The notes beneath the pieces were generated by a model that saw only the letters and a program-made list of their open reading frames with translations, ran no database searches and was not told where the DNA came from. A stretch of DNA of 62,864 bases, the filler included, from Folioceros fuciformis (lineage: Eukaryota), in the NCBI GenBank assembly GCA_049999805.1. It is 16 parts of 16 records of this genome, joined end to end, with 100 filler letters (N's around TTAATTAATTAA, not from the genome) between each part and the next. Parts side by side here need not be neighbours in the genome. Positions count along the whole stretch, not along the records: positions 55,767 to 62,864 come from JBNGIO010003869.1; 15 more parts are not named here. One strand, 5' to 3'. Below, piece after piece: positions 61,900 through 62,864 of this stretch (the stretch's first letter is position 1; each line of letters opens with the position of its first letter). The translations under genes and the position numbers were made by a program.

Positions 61900-62594
61900 C
61901 CTGAAAATTATGAGGCCCCCATCGGGCTTCTCCTATTGCACCACCCTCCACAGGAAATGAAGAAACTCATTGCTGAAATATGATGTTTGTTGGTAGTTTA
62001 CTAGTTTGAGAACAATCTTTGTAAATAGCCTCCACTTGGGCTCCTTAGTTTGGTCAGCCCTACATCCATTCTTGCTCTTGGTATGGATACTTCCCACCAT
62101 GATTTCAATTGTCCTGTTCGGGAGGGAGGGAGTAATCGAGTGCCTACAATATATGGTCCTATCCATGAAGCTAATCTCATCATTCTTGTTTTTCAGTCAT
62201 CCATAAACTTACCGAATGCTTAGGACAATCTAGAAATGAGGATCTATCCTAGCATTTTTATTGGGTAGAGTTGCAAGGTCTTTTTCCGTTTGCTGCAAAC
62301 TTTGATAGCACTCCTTCATCAATCCTTGATGGGATTAAGACTAGTGCCTCGTATAAAACCAGTGCGATAGCACTCCTTCACCAATCCTTGATGGGATTAA
62401 GACTAGTGCCTCGGATAAAACTAGTGCACACTGGATGTTATCTTCCCTCGCCCACAGTCGAAGTTTAAACAAGTCCCTAGAGTTTACTTGGCCTTTGAAA
62501 TAGTGAAGGTGGGAACTTGTTCCCTTATTGCACCTCCCTTGTTGCGTGTCTCATCATTGCCTCCCAACAAACTTCCTTTTGAGGTACGTGCCAG
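61900..62594 (-). pseudogene. Decayed copy of the family B accessory ORF
   Basis: KNGCRADQTKEPKWRLFTKIVLKLVNYQQTSYFSNEFLHFLWRV aligns with KNGWRTERMKELKWWLFTKVVLGLVNYQRTSYFSNAFLHFLWRV in 43335-43973. Confidence 0.85.
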
Positions 62595-62864
62595 TGTGGG
62601 CAGGCGGGTATGGTACCCCTACCAGGCACCCGCTCACATGTATCGTAGCCACATCAATCCCATGGTTGTTGTAGGCTTCCTCAGAATCGCTCCCCTCTAA
62701 GCCTGGTCAGCTACGTATATCGTTCCCCTACAATAGTCAATCCTCCCAATCACGTACCTACCAATCTTGCAACACGTCCAGTCAGTAGGTAGGCACCATT
62801 CCTTCCCTTGGAAGGGCCCCAGTACCTCCCCTACCGATTTCTACCTCCTTACACTCAATACCTT
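62595..62864 (-). mobile_element. Family B LTR 3' end abutting the start of the above ORF
   Basis: Colinear with 9190-9440; terminus TGTGGGCAGGCGGG. Confidence 0.8.

Overview
This is repeat-dense eukaryotic plant DNA, probably from a non-seed plant (judged from LIL3, phi-class GSTs and the TE types; the species cannot be read from the sequence). It is not contiguous. About 16 small scaffolds are joined by artificial N-TTAATTAATTAA-N spacers, and several internal 100-N gaps are flanked by duplicated sequence. One gene island (17.6-25.7 kb) holds an intronless ER protein disulfide isomerase, two tandem phi-class GSTs (one with a GC-AG intron) and the 3' part of LIL3. The rest is mostly nested, decayed retroelements: many Ty1/copia pieces, an Athila-type Ty3/gypsy gag-pol with a tRNA-Asp primer-binding site, LTRs and solo LTRs, a LINE with a CR1/L2/RTE-X-style ORF1, and several tandem repeats. 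Three observations stand out. (1) Seven divergent Athila-type LTR 3' ends keep, at near-fixed spacing, a motif complementary to the 5' end and T-arm of tRNA-Asp, suggesting a multipartite primer-binding system. (2) Two ~4.2-4.3 kb units bounded by TG..CA imperfect inverted ends carry accessory ORFs and end in that same U5, so they may be giant protein-coding LTRs. (3) The LINE endonuclease is in frame with ORF1 behind a single TAG followed by a stem-loop.
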